Position numbers and translations under genes: made by a program. Shown here in pieces: positions 1-12,500 of a DNA stretch of 64,000 nt. Below the pieces are notes generated by a model. That model did no database searches. It had not been told where the DNA came from and saw nothing but the letters and a program-made list of their open reading frames with translations. Source of the stretch: a candidate division FCPU426 bacterium (GTDB lineage: Bacteria > Oederibacteriota > Muellerivitia > Muellerivitales > Muellerivitaceae); contig CAWHOE010000015.1 in the NCBI GenBank assembly GCA_963830915.1, positions 1 to 64,000 of the forward strand, read 5' to 3'. Position 1 is the first letter of the stretch. Every line of letters begins with the position of its first letter.

Positions 1-26
1 TCAACTGCCCTCTTACTTCGTTGGAT

Positions 27-511
27 TTAAGGTATTGCTCGGCCTTTACTCTTGTCACTTACGGCGATTTTCTCTCGGGCGAGGCGGTCCAGCTGTCGGA
101 AATTCTCTTCCACTTGTCTAAAATCCGAAAGCAATCGTCGGGCCGAATCCTCGATCTGGAGGTAGCGTTCCTTGACCCGCGTAGCGTCGTAGGATGCCGG
201 GCGGTTCCCCGTTCTCAAGCCTTGCATTTCGTTTTCAATCTCGGCCTTGCGTTTTTCTAGCGCTGCCAGTCGGGCCGTGGGATCACTTTCTGTAGCCTGC
301 ACGACCTCACGCAGCATTTGGAAGATGCTCAGAAGCCGCGACTCCGTGCCCACGAAGGGCTTTTGCTCCAGGCTGCATAGCCGCTCTTCGCCTTCTCGGT
401 GGCCGGAGTCAAGTCGAACTCAGGTTCATCGCCTTTAGCAGGGTAGTACTTTCGCAGATAGGCATTCTCTCCACGAGCCCATTCGTCCAGGTAGTCCAGA
501 GCAGCGCGCAA
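27..511 (-). pseudogene. Internal fragment of a DUF3375 / Wadjet JetA-like gene, frameshifted near 388 and truncated at both ends
   Basis: Two ORFs join into 'AALDYLDEWA..YLRKYYP..DEPEFDLTPATEKA' and 'FVGTESRLLSIFQML..DPTARLAALE..ARRLLSDFRQVEENFRQLD', which are typical DUF3375 segments. Only about 160 codons are present. Confidence 0.75.
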
Positions 512-621
512 ATTCTGCCCAATTGCTCATTTAGATGGAATAGGTAGTCGTCAGTTTTTGACCTTTTCAGGGACGGCCTTTTTTGTGATCATTTTTCCCG
601 AACCACCTTTTCCATGACACC

Positions 622-1665
622 TCAGGGAGGCGGAAGTGGCATTTCCGTCTCGGTGGGCGTTGGCGCTAAGTCGGTCGCCATGGTGGGCAAGGCGTTGAGC
701 GTTGGGACCGCCTCATCCGAAACGACGACTGTGGGCACCAGCTCCACTTTTTAGGAACGGGTGTGGGTGTCGGTGCCGGGGGAACGAAAACTTTTCGTGG
801 CTTGGGTTTGGGATTCTTTTTCGGCTTGGGTTTGGGCGTAGGCGTAGCGGTAGGAGTGGGCGTGAACACCCGAGTCGGGGTGGATGTGGGTAGCGCTGTG
901 CGGGTAGCGGTCGGGGCGACAACCACCGTGGGAGTTGGGACGGGCGTTGGAACTGGCGTAGGCGTAGGCATCACCAGCGCCAAAAGATTCGAAAGGATCG
1001 CTTTATCCTCATCCAGAGGCACATAATAGTAAGCCGCCCCCAACGCGCCCAAAAGAAGAAGTAACAAGAACGCGGTCAGACCCTTGTGGTTTTTACGAGG
1101 GGTTTTATGTTTAACTAAGGCATCCGGAATGATCTTGTAGGAGATCACTTTCCGGGACACATTCTTCAGTTCCTTGGCTCCCAGATTAACGACCTTGAAA
1201 TTCAAATGATTCTTGATGTGATGGTATACGTCCTCGGATACACAGATGCCCCCTGGGTCGGCGATCGCCTGGAGCCTAGAGGCGATATTGACCCCATCCC
1301 CAAAGATATCATCATTCGATATGACCACATCCCCCACATGGGACCCCAATGCGTAATTGCCAGGTCGTGCCCGTGGTCTGGTTATGTTCCTGAAACCGCT
1401 GTTGAATGGCGACCGCGCACTTGACCGCGTTAACCGCGCTTGGGAAGTCCGCCATAAAGGCGTCCCCTACCGTTTTGATGACCTTGCCCTCGTTCTTCTC
1501 GATCTCTAAGTGCAATAGGGCATTGTGGAAATTCAGGAAGGCCATGGTGGCAGCCTCGTCCCGTTCCATCATTTTGGTGTAGTTCACGATGTCCGTGAAC
1601 ATGATGGCGGCAAGTTTGCGTTTTAAGTTCGATTCAGCCATGTAGAACCTCAAGAATTTTCCCAA
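622..1665 (-). CDS. Class III adenylate/guanylate cyclase domain protein with a TM helix and Pro/Thr-rich tail (frameshifts near 1343 and 750)
   Basis: Motifs 'KRKLAAIMFTDIVNYT', 'KTVGDAFM', 'LRIGV/HVGDV..DIFGDGVNIASRLQ'. An alternative frame after 750 continues the PT-rich tail to a stop at 622. Confidence 0.85.
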
Positions 1666-1845
1666 GAACGGATACCAGTATACAATCCAAAACCTGCATT
1701 ATTCGAATTGAAAATTGGGAAGAGTCTGGATTTGAGCTGAAAACGGAAAATGATAGGCAACAAACAGGGGAACAATACCCTAACTTCAGGCCTAACCTTT
1801 TAACTCCAAGCCAGGTGATAAGAACAAGGCTAACTCGCAGTGCGT

Positions 1846-2409
1846 TCAGGCTCTTTTTGGGGACACCGGGCTGGAGATTATCCATTCATCCGTGGTCATC
1901 ACCGCGCTGAAACGCATGGCTTGTGTGATGAGGGCGGCGTAGTGGAGGTCTTTATCCTGTATCTGTCCCGCTGAATTCTTGACAGTCAGTGTGCCTGTAG
2001 CGTCGGAAAGGAATATGACCTTGTATCCCAGGTGAAGGGCCTGACGCGCGGTGGTGTCACAGCACATCTGGGTCATATAACCCGAAATGACCACCCTTTC
2101 GATGCTTTGGGCCCTCAACCATTCCTCCAACTCAGTGCCAGTGAAACTCCCCGGGAGGGTTTTTTCGATCAGGACATCCCGGTGACGTTTCTCAATCTCA
2201 GGATGGAGTTTCCAGTCTTCACTACCCTTAGAGAATCCTCCGCCAAGGGTGGAGGCCGAATGTTGGATGATTACCACGGGGATGGCATGGGTATAAGCGT
2301 GGTCGATGGTCTTTTGGATGTTCTCGAAACTCCCAGGCGGATAAGTGATCATCATGGGGCCGTGGAAGTAGATGTTCTGCACGTCAATCACAAGCAGGGC
2401 TTCCTTCAT
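1846..2409 (-). CDS. Isochorismatase-family cysteine hydrolase
   Basis: Motifs 'ALLVIDVQ', 'IEKT..SF.GT.L', 'GYMTQMCCDTTARQA'. Confidence 0.9.
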   Translation of the reverse strand: MKEALLVIDVQNIYFHGPMMITYPPGSFENIQKTIDHAYTHAIPVVIIQHSASTLGGGFSKGSEDWKLHPEIEKRHRDVLIEKTLPGSFTGTELEEWLRAQSIERVVISGYMTQMCCDTTARQALHLGYKVIFLSDATGTLTVKNSAGQIQDKDLHYAALITQAMRFSAVMTTDEWIISSPVSPKRA

Positions 2410-2492
2410 CTCCGCCTCTTTCTCTCCCCATCCAAACGGGTTAAATCCTTATATAACTCCTGTCGAGGTAATCCCGGCATGTAACCGACAGT

Positions 2493-3392
2493 TCAATCGG
2501 ATTCATCCCCTTTTTTCTTATCCTCTTCTAACAGCAATTTCTTGGCCGCTTCCAATTCCTTCAACCGTTCTTTGTCCGCCTTGGGGTAGCTCATCTTCAA
2601 ACTCTTCAAGGTCTCCAGCAATATCCGAGAGATGATGAGCCTTGCGTCTTTCTTATCATCCGCCGGGACCACGTACCAGGGGGCCTTTTCCGTGCTTGTA
2701 GCGCCCAAACAGGCCTCATAAGCCTTCCGGTAATCCTTCCAATAGGCCCGCTCCTGAATGTCACTCAAGGTAAATTTCCAGTTCTTTTCCCGTTTTTCCA
2801 GGCGGTCCAGGAACCTTTTGCGCTGTTCTTCCTTGGAAAGATGCAGGAAGAACTTCAATATCCTGGTGCCGTTGCGATTCAGGTGCTTTTCTAATTCCAC
2901 GATCGACCGGTATCGCCCCTCCCAAACATCCTTTTTATCGACAAGTTCCTCCGGGATCTGTTCTTGTTTCAATATCTCGGGATGGACCCGCGCGATCAGC
3001 ACTTCCTCGTAATAGGAACGGTTGAAAATGCCGATCTTTCCCCTTTCCGGCAGGTTCCGGGTGGTCCGCCAGAGAAAGTCATGCTGAAGTTCCTGGGCGC
3101 TGGGATGCTTGAAGCTGAAAACCTGACAGCCTTGCGGGTTGACGCCTGACATCACATGTTTGATGGCCCCGTCCTTGCCAGCCGCGTCCATGGCCTGGAA
3201 TATCAGAAGGACGGAATAATGGTTATCCGCGTAAAGAAGGCTTTGCAGGTCGCTCAATTCCTCCACCTGGTTCGCCAAGGCTTCCTTGTATTCCTCCTTA
3301 GAGCTATAAAGGGATTGGATCCTCGTAGGCCATTCTTTCAGGTCCACCGCCTTCCCTTCTTTTACCCGGTAATCCTTCGGATCGATCTTCAC
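2493..3392 (-). CDS. ppk2: Polyphosphate kinase 2 family protein (probable GTG start at 3392)
   Basis: Motifs '[10 protein letters not shown]', '[10 protein letters not shown]', '[11 protein letters not shown]'; AAAGGA RBS before the GTG. Confidence 0.9.
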   Translation of the reverse strand: MKIDPKDYRVKEGKAVDLKEWPTRIQSLYSSKEEYKEALANQVEELSDLQSLLYADNHYSVLLIFQAMDAAGKDGAIKHVMSGVNPQGCQVFSFKHPSAQELQHDFLWRTTRNLPERGKIGIFNRSYYEEVLIARVHPEILKQEQIPEELVDKKDVWEGRYRSIVELEKHLNRNGTRILKFFLHLSKEEQRKRFLDRLEKREKNWKFTLSDIQERAYWKDYRKAYEACLGATSTEKAPWYVVPADDKKDARLIISRILLETLKSLKMSYPKADKERLKELEAAKKLLLEEDKKKGDESD

Positions 3393-3495
3393 GTTAGTTC
3401 CTTTCAGGCGGTCAATTGTCCATCGAACAACCCATTCCCATCGTTCGCACTTCAATGCCCATTATAGACCTCTTCCATGGGGATTGAAGGAAGGC

Positions 3496-3530
3496 AAAAA
3501 AAAGCCGCGGGGTTTTCCCCGCGGCTTTTT
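3496..3530. terminator. Intrinsic terminator (bidirectional form) downstream of the autotransporter
   Basis: A-run, GCCGCGGGG-TTTT-CCCCGCGGC hairpin, T-run. Confidence 0.85.
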
Positions 3531-3588
3531 GATCCGTTTGCTTGGCAAGACATGTTACAGGGTCCGCCTTTTGGGACTTCCTTCCGGC

Positions 3589-6500
3589 TTATTTAGTCTT
3601 GGGCGACCCGCCCAAGGCTATGTTGATTCCGCCGTTGAACCCGTTCGAATCCTGGGTGGAACTGAAAGAACCCTGGTAATTGGCGAAGAAATAGAAGTCA
3701 TCCGAGAAGGCCAAGTCCGCCCCCAGTTGAGCTCCCACCATCATCGGGGCCGGATCGACCGAGGAGACCTGGAAGGAACTTCCCGGTATGCCCGAAAAGG
3801 CCGCTTCCATCGAATGGGATGGGTTCATGGTCTCGTAGCTCAAAGAGAGCCTGGCCGAAGGCGCCAGCGCCATGCCGCCGCCCAAGGACAGGGTCTGGGT
3901 GCCGCCCACCCCCACGAAAGCCTTCAGGGAATCCATCGAGATGGAAGGAACGGTCAGGTCGAACAATCCCGCCCCCGTCTCGGTGAAACCGTCCTGTCTC
4001 AGGTTGGCGTATTGCGCCCCCGCGAAAGGCTGCAGTGTCAGGCCGCCCATGGGCAGCCGAACATCGGCCCTCAAGGTTCCCGCCAGCAGGTTCCCGTTGG
4101 AACCGCCCTGGGCCGTCAAAGTCGACCCGCCAAAGGCGATATTACGGCTGCTGGTCAATTTGTTGCTGCCGTAACTGCCGGCCAGCGACAGACTGACATT
4201 GTTGAAGCGCTGGGTGGCGTAGAGGGTTCCCTCCACATCGTCCACACCCGCCGTGCTGGAAGAATCGGTGGCCGTCACGTCCGTGTGCAAGGTCCCGCCC
4301 TCCAAGCCCAGGCTTAAGCCCCCGCCCACCGGGGTGTCATATCCGGCCATGAAGCCGTAGTTCTTGGTGTTGTAACCCATCATGCCGTCGGCCGCGTTCA
4401 GGGACCCGAAATTACCCAGTCCCTGGGTCCATAACCCGCCGGCCAGACCGCCCTGGCTAAAGCTGGAGCCGTTGCCGGTGGCTATCTTGGCCAAGACCGA
4501 TTGTCCCGGCCCGGTCCCGAAGCCTCCCTGACCGATGCGGTCCATCAGGGTTTCAAGACCCAGGTCCGAACCGTTCACCAGCGCGCCCCAAACATTGGGA
4601 TAGATCATGCCGGCCAGCTCATCCATGGCCTTCTTCCCCTGGTCCACGGGCAAGCCATAAAGGTAATTCAACTCGTTGAACAGGGTGTTATCGGTCGTCG
4701 TCACGGCCCGATTGAGGACCGCCGCCAGGTTGGCCGTGTTGTCGTTGCCAGCCAAGGGCGAGAAAGCGTTGATCGGTGACAGGTCCAGCGTCACAGCCTT
4801 GGCCCCATAGGAAGCCGTCGGTGTCAACCCGGCCGCTCCTGACAAGGAAAGGCTTGAGAAAGCGCCGTTCACGGTACCGTCCGTTTCCAGGATGATATAG
4901 CTGTTCCGCAGGGAGTACTTGCCGGCGTCCGCCAGGACATCCAGTTTCCCGTCGAGCAAAGCGTTGCCATTCACCTCCAACACACTACCATTGGTGGGCG
5001 AGACCTCCAGGGCCATGGTTCCGGTGGCAGTCTGGGAGTAATTGCCCAGCACCGTAAGCGTGCCGATAGAACCGCCTGGTTGAACGGTCCCGTTGTTGGC
5101 CACATTTCCCATGACGGTCCCATGACCCGCCAGCGTTCCCAAAGGATTCACCTGCACATTCCCCTGGATAGCCGCCGTCGAGTGGGTTCCATCCCCGATC
5201 ATCAAGGTCCCATTATCGATAACGGAACCGTTCTGATAATCGTTGATGTTATCCAGCACCAGGGTTCCCGTCCCGGTCTTGTCCAAGCCCCCATTTCCGG
5301 TCACGTTCCCCAGGATGGTCATTGAATAACCGTTGGTATCGAAGGTCTCGTTACCATTCAGGTTGATGACGTTGGTCACCGCCAGGTTGTTGACGCCCGA
5401 CTGGAGCGTCGCGCCCTCCTCCAGGTCCAGGGCTCCCGTACTTAAAGCCTGGTTGTTGGCCAGACACAGGGTTCCGCCAACCACGGAGGTACCGCCGCTA
5501 TAGGTGTTCGCGCCGCCCAGGGTCAAAGTCCCGGGTCCGCTCATTTCGAGGATCTCGTTGCCCGCGAGGAGACCGCTGAAATTACCTGAATCCACCGAAA
5601 AGAGGGATTGACTCCCCGCCATCGAGACCGTCCCCGAACCATTCAAGGAGGTGAGGGCCATAAGGGCGTCCCCATCGCCACCGACCGCGTCCTTGCCGCC
5701 GATGATGACCAGGTTGGAGGTCGCGTCCAAGGTCAGTGTGCCAGCGCTGAAAAGCGCCTGACCGCCACCCGATCCCGAACCGTTGCCCGCGCGCATGCTC
5801 ACCGAACCGGAGGTAAGCGTCACTGAGCCGGTACTGTAGAAATTGGCATCGCCGCCCGCGCCACCACCGGTGTCTGAGCCCCCAATGAGGTTAAGGGTCG
5901 AATGGTCGATCGAACCTCCGTTGAGCATGCCGAATGCTGTTTCCCCACCGCCAGTGCCCGTTCCGTCGCCACCTCGTAGGCTCACCGCGCTATTCGAGAG
6001 GCTTAGGGCCGTGAAGTTACCCGTTGATCCACCGCCGGCGGAACCACTGTTATCGGCGCCTCCGAGGAGCGCAACATTCGCCCCAGCGATCGTGGATGCC
6101 GAGCCTAGATTCTGGAATACGGCGTTGCCGCCGTCTCCGCCCGAACCTTCCCCGCCTTGGAGGCTCACCGAGCCGCCGTTCATGGTCACACCACCGCTGA
6201 GGAAGACCGCCGAACCACCTCCGGCGCCACCTTCATCGTTTCCTGCGGCCATAACCAGGTTGGTTTGGTCGAGGAATGCTGTACCTCCAACCTCCACTAT
6301 CGCCCCGCCGCCGCCGTTCCCGTCCCCATCCCCTCCCCGGAGGGTCACCGAGTTGGCCTGGAGAGTCGCTTGACCCACTTGTAAAAGGGCCGCCCCGCCT
6401 TGTCCGGTATTGGAATCCGTGCCGCCCAGAAGATTCAAGGTCGTATTGCTGACCGCGCAAGAACCTGAAGCGATGAGCCTAGCCCATCCCCCGCCCTCCC

Positions 6501-9500
6501 CGTTCCCTCCGCCGCCGTTGAACCTTAAGGTACTGGAGGCTATTGTTACCGAGCCGAATAAAGCGCTGGCATCCCCTCCGTACGAGGAGAAGTTGTCGGT
6601 CCCCCCGTAGATCCCGATGTTCGAACCGATGATATTCCCCGCGCCGCCCACGGTAACCTGGGCAGTCCCACCGCCGTTGCCGTCGCCGTCTCCGCCATAA
6701 AGGTAGAGGTCGCTTCCGTCCAGGCTGACCGCGCCCGAGACATTGAGTCTGGTTTCCCCTCCATAACCGCCGTTGCTATCAGAGCCAGCGCGAAGATTCA
6801 AGGAGCTATCCGATGTCAAAGCCAGGTTCGTCGTGTTCATTTGGGCAAATCCCCCCCCTTGTCCAGCATCGTCGCCGCCGTAAAGGCTCACGGAGCTTGA
6901 GCTGAAAGTAACCGAGCCAAAGGTAACCATGGAGCCTGGATTCGAATCATAGGCATTGCTGCCGCTTAGGTCTGAACCGCTGATGACCGTTATGTTCGAA
7001 TGGTCGATCAGGTCGTTTCCGCTGGTGTTCAATTGGGCCTGGCCCGCCCCGTCATAGGAACCATCCCCGGCCTGGATACTGACAGAAGCGTTCTGGAAAG
7101 TGACTGGACCCATGATGGCCCAGGCATCGCCGCCGTAAGAGCTCCCTGAACCGTCGTTGTCTTTCCCACCGAGGATGGTCAAGGTCGTCCCGGCGTCAAG
7201 AAGCGAGCTCGTGGCTTGGAAACCAGCGTTACCACCGCCGTTGCCAGTTCCATCACCGCCATAAAGGCTGACTGAACTGTTAGCCAGGACCAGATCGCCG
7301 GAATTGAACGCGGCTCCGCCGCCTTTTCCATTCCCGTTGTCTCCCCCGCCGATAACCGCCAGGGTCGAACCATTAACGGAAACCGCTCCGGCTAGGAAGG
7401 ACGCGTAACCGCCTCCGCCGCCATTGCCGTCGCCGCCGCGCAGACTCACCGAGCTATTCAGGAAGGTCACCCCGCCCAGATAGGCCCCAGCTATGCCGCC
7501 GCTCGAACCACCGATATCGCTGCCCCCGATGAGGCTCAAGGTAGTCCCGGAGGAATAGAGACCGTTGAGAGCGTTCATAATGGCGGCACCGCCGCCCTCA
7601 CCCGAACCATCCCCGGCCCTCAAGCTCACGGAGCTGGAGAGGATGGAAACAGGGTCGGTCCCGGTGAAGTTCGCCGCGGCGTAGCCGCCGTTGGAGCCAG
7701 AGGTATCGTTACCGCCGATGAGGGCGAGGTTCACCCCCGTTAATAAAGCCGACCCGGAATCGTCGAGTTCGCTGTTACCCGCGCCGCCTCCGAAAGAATC
7801 ACCCGCGTGGATGGTCACAGAAGCCCCGTTAAGGCTCAGGCCGTTGGAAACGACCCAGGCCCCGCCCGCGGAACCACCATTATCATCGCTACCGCCTTGT
7901 AGGCTCAGGACGGAAGAAGTATTGGTGCTTGTTATGGTCAGGGTGGAACCCGAAACGAGCGAGGCGTCCCCGCCCCCGTTCCCGTCGCCATTCCCTCCGG
8001 TCAAAGACATGGTGCTGGAATCCATGGAGACCGCGCCAGAAACCGACATGCTTGCGGTGCCACCGTTGGACCCGTTGTTATCACTGCCGCCGACGATGTT
8101 AAATGAAGAGCTCCCCGTCATGGCCAAGTCCGAAGCGATGGTCACCGAGGCGTACCCGCCTCCGCCGCCCGAGCCATCGCCTCCCTTGAGGCTCAACGAA
8201 CTTGAGAGTATAGAAACGGGGCTGCTCCCGGTGAAGCGGGCCAATGCCCAACCGCCGTTGGCGCCGGCGGTATCGTCACCGCCGAAAAGGGACAGGTTCA
8301 CTCCCGTCAAGGAAGCGGTGTCTGAATCGTCGAGTTTGCAATTACCCCCACCGCCCCCGAAGGAAGAGCCCCCGCGGATGCTCACCGAGCCGTTGCTCAG
8401 GTTCAGGCCGTCGGCCAGGACCCAAGCCCCTCCGCCGCCGCCGTCATTGTTATCGTCCCCGCCGATGACGGTCAGGGTGAAGGCTTGGTTGGTCCCAGTC
8501 AGGCTCAAGGTGTTCCCGGCGTCGAGATGGGCGTTCCCGCCCCCTTCCCCGTTCCCATTACCGCCGACCACGGTCATGGCGCTGGAATCCATCGAGACCG
8601 CGCCCGTTGTGTCCACGCTCGCGTCGCCGCCGTAGGCGTAGTTGTCGTCCCCGCCTCCGATGACGTTCAGAATAGACCCGTTCGTCAGGGTCAGGTTTGA
8701 GGCTGTGTTAATCGAGGCGTACCCGCCCCCGCTCCCATTGCCATTCCCGCCCGCCACATTCAGGTTGGAGTTATCCATCGAGACCGCGCCATTGGCCATC
8801 AGGAACCCGTTGCCGCCAGCTCCGCCATTGGTGTCATTACCGCCCATCACGTTGAACGTGGAGGCCTGGTACGTTCCCGTCAGGGTCAAACCGGTCCCAA
8901 TGGAGACCAAGGCGTCGCCGTTGTTGGTCGAGCTGGGCTCGAACGTAGGGAAAAAGCCCCCATAAACCCCCACAAATCCTGAATCCACCGAGACAGCTCC
9001 TCCCACCGATAGGGTGCCGCTGCCGCCAGCCATGTACTGCTCGTCTATCCCGCCCGAGACATAGAGCGTAGAGGGTCCGTTGATACTTCCTAAAGTCAGG
9101 TTGTTGGCGATGGTGAGCGAAGCGTTACCGCCCCCGCCCCCGTTCCCCACACCGCCAATGTCAAAAATCACGCCGTTATCGATGGAAACCGACCCGCCGA
9201 CCGCCAAGCTGGCCGTACCGCCCGCGCCAAATTGGTCCCATCCGCCAAGGATCGCGATCTCTGAAAAATTATCGGTCCCGGTCATCGCGAAGTCCGAACC
9301 GAACGAGACCGAGGCGTTCCCATTCCCGAAAATATTGGTCGCCAAGGGGAAGGACCCAAACACCGCTATAAAACTGTCGTTCATCGTCACCGGGCCGGAT
9401 ACCGCCAGGCTGGCGTTCCCACCCATACCTTCCGCGTTGCCGGCGAGATTCGTCGCGGCTCCGCCGCCCATGATGAACATAGACCCGCCATTGTCCATGG

Positions 9501-12500
9501 ATAAGCTTCCCGCGGTGACCGAGGCGTCCCCGCCGTTCCCACCGTTGAGAGTATCCGTGCCTCCCGCGCCTCCCATCAGGGAGACCGAGGCGTTGGAGAT
9601 CGAAAACCCGTTAGTGACGTTCAATACCGCCGTTCCGCCAGTACCGCCTTGAGCGCTTTGTTGATCTTCCCCGCCGGTGCCGCCGAGGATTCTCCAGGTT
9701 GGCATTACCGTTCCCATTGGAGGTGAGGGTCAAACTTCCGAAGGACGCTTGCGCGCTTCCACCGTTCCCTTCCAAATCGCCCGAATAACCATAACCACCC
9801 TGGCTACCGCCGCCAACCAAGCCGATGGAACCGGAATCGATCGTCGCGTTCCCCGCCACCGTCAGGCTCGCGGATCCGCCTTTGCCGCCCACGCCCATGT
9901 TCCACCAACCGCCCTCGCCGCCCGTCCCTCCGGTGATAAGCATGGTGGAAAGATTATTGGTCCCGGACATATTCAGGTCCGTCGCGATGGAAACTGAAGC
10001 GTTCCCGCCGTCCCCGCCTATGCCGTCATCGTTCGCCCCAGGGGCGCTGCTGCCTGTGCCGCCATTACCCCCGGCCAATTGGAAACTATTGGAATCCAAG
10101 GCGACCACGTCGCCGGATGTCAAGATCGCGTCCCCGCCCTTGCCCGCCGTACCGAATCCGTTAGTACCGCCCGCGTTACCGCCTTGTCCGCCGAATAATT
10201 GTAAATCAGCGTTGACGTTCGCCAGGTGCAAACCAGCCCCGAAGTTGGCCGAGGCCGTACCGCCCGCTCCGCCGTTGCCGGAGTCCGAGTAACCGCCGTT
10301 GCCTCCGGTCAAAGTGAAATTATTCGTGAACAACCACACTCCGCCCGTAGCGGTCAGGGCCGCGTCCCCGCCCTTGCCGCCGTCCGCCATGCCGTTGTCT
10401 GAACCACCATTGCCGCCCAGGAGCGTAAAAGAAGCGTTGGAATTACCTTGGGAATTGGAGAGGGATAGAGCGCCCATGTTCAAGATGGCTGAACCGCCTA
10501 CGCCCGCCGTCTCGCCGCTCTGGCCGTAACCCGAACCGGCGTTCCCGCCCAATAGGGATATGGCGCTGGAATCCATCGAGACCTGCCCGGCGGTCAGGGT
10601 GGCGTTACCGCCGTTCCCGCCAGTCGCTTGGTAGCCATCATTCCCACCGTTACCTCCCTGGACCTGGAGGATGGAATATCCTCCATAAGAGGAAAAGCCG
10701 CCCGCGGATATGTTCAGGTCGCCCAAGGACGCGTTCGCGTCCCCGCCGGCCGATTCGGCCTGGCCGCTCTGGCCGTTACCTGATCCGGCGTTGCCGCCCT
10801 GGAGGTATACGCCGCTGGTTTCCAACGTGACAGCGCTTGTCGAAATCAATGAGGCGATACCGCCCGCTCCGCCCAGGGCCTGGTTATTATCATTGCCCCC
10901 ATTGCCCCCGGTGATGTCGAGTTTAGCCGGGCCAAAATGGTTCGAATCTCTTGGTTCCCGAAAGCGTTGGAAACCAGGCTCAAACTACCTACTGAAACGG
11001 AGGCCGAACCGCCGGACCCCTGGACCTGGCCGGAAAGAGCGTTTCCATCTCCGGCGATTCCGCCCTGGACGGTGATGGAGCTGGAATCCATGGACAAAGC
11101 TCCGCCTACGTTCAAGGTCGCGGCCCCGCTATTGGCGTTAACGCCTCCGGCGGGACCATCAAATATGCCTCCCTCACCCGCCGATATTGTCAGGGTGGAG
11201 CTCTGGTGGCTGGAGTTCAAGGTCATGTCATTCCCTACGCTCATGACCGCGTTGCCGCCCAAACCGGGCGTACCATTGGTGGCGTAACCGCCGTTGTTCC
11301 CGGCGGCTATGATGGACAGGTTGCTGGAATCGATATTGACCGACCCAGTCGCGTTCAAACCGGCCGAACCCGAGTTACCCCCGTTGCCATTGCCATAATC
11401 ACTGGCGCCCGTGCCGCCCGAAATGTTCAGGTTGGAAAATCCGCTGGTCAAGTAATTGGAAGAAGTCAGGTTGAGTCCGCCGACGGACACCCAACCGTTC
11501 CCGCCCGCGCCCTCGGTCTGACCCGAATTGCCGTTGCCTACTCCGCCACCGTTGCCGGTGACGTTCAATATGGAAGAATCAATATTCAGTGTCCCGTTCA
11601 CGGACAGGGTCGCGTCGCCGCCCTTCCCTCCCACCCCATTCGACCCCGTATTCAAACCACCCACGCCTCCCAACATTGTCCAGGTGGATTGTCCGGTCGT
11701 AGAGGTCAGGTCCAGGTCGCCGCCGATCGAGGCTGTGACATTGCCTCCATCGCCCCCGGAAGCCATGAAGGAATTTCCGCCTAGGCCTCCCGTTAGGTTC
11801 GCCGAGCCGGAATCGATCGAAACCGTCCCTGAGGCGATTAGGTTTGCGGAACCGCCCGCCCCGCCCGAGGCCGCGTTGCTATCACCGCCCCCATTGCCTG
11901 CCGTGATGTTCAGGCTGGCCGCGCTATATCCGGGATCGGAAGAGTTGGCAGAGTAAGCGTTTGAGGTTAAGGATAAACTTCCAACTGACAAGGAAGCCGA
12001 TCCGCCCGCGCCCGCGGTTTGACCCGCGTTGCCGTTGCCTGCACTACCCTGGTTGCCATTGATGTTCAAAATGGAGGAATCATTGTTCAGGTTTCCGGCT
12101 ACGGACAGGGTCGCGTCGCCGCCCTTTCCTCCTACGCCATTCGTTCCCATATTCAGACCGCCCACACCGCCCACCATCGTCCAAGTGGAGCGTCCAGTCG
12201 TGGAGGTCAAGTTCATATCTCCTCCGATGGAGGCGGTCACATTACCCCCATCGCCCGCAGAGGCCTGGTATGAATTCCCACCTTGTCCGTCCGATAAGGT
12301 CACCGTACTAGAATCGACCGAAACCGAGCCGGAGGAAATAAGGGTGGCGCTCCCGCCCAATACACCAGCTCCGGAATAGGCGCTTCCGGCGATCCCTCCC
12401 TGGACTTCGAATAATGAGTTCCCGGTCACGTTGAGGGTCCCCACCGAAACCGAAGCTGAACCACCCATGCCAGCGGTACCATTCGACCCGGCTGTGCCGC

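Noticed and set aside
9680..10960. Programmed frameshifting or phase variation in the autotransporter
   Set aside because: Neither junction has a slippery heptamer or long simple repeat, and similar indels occur throughout the window.
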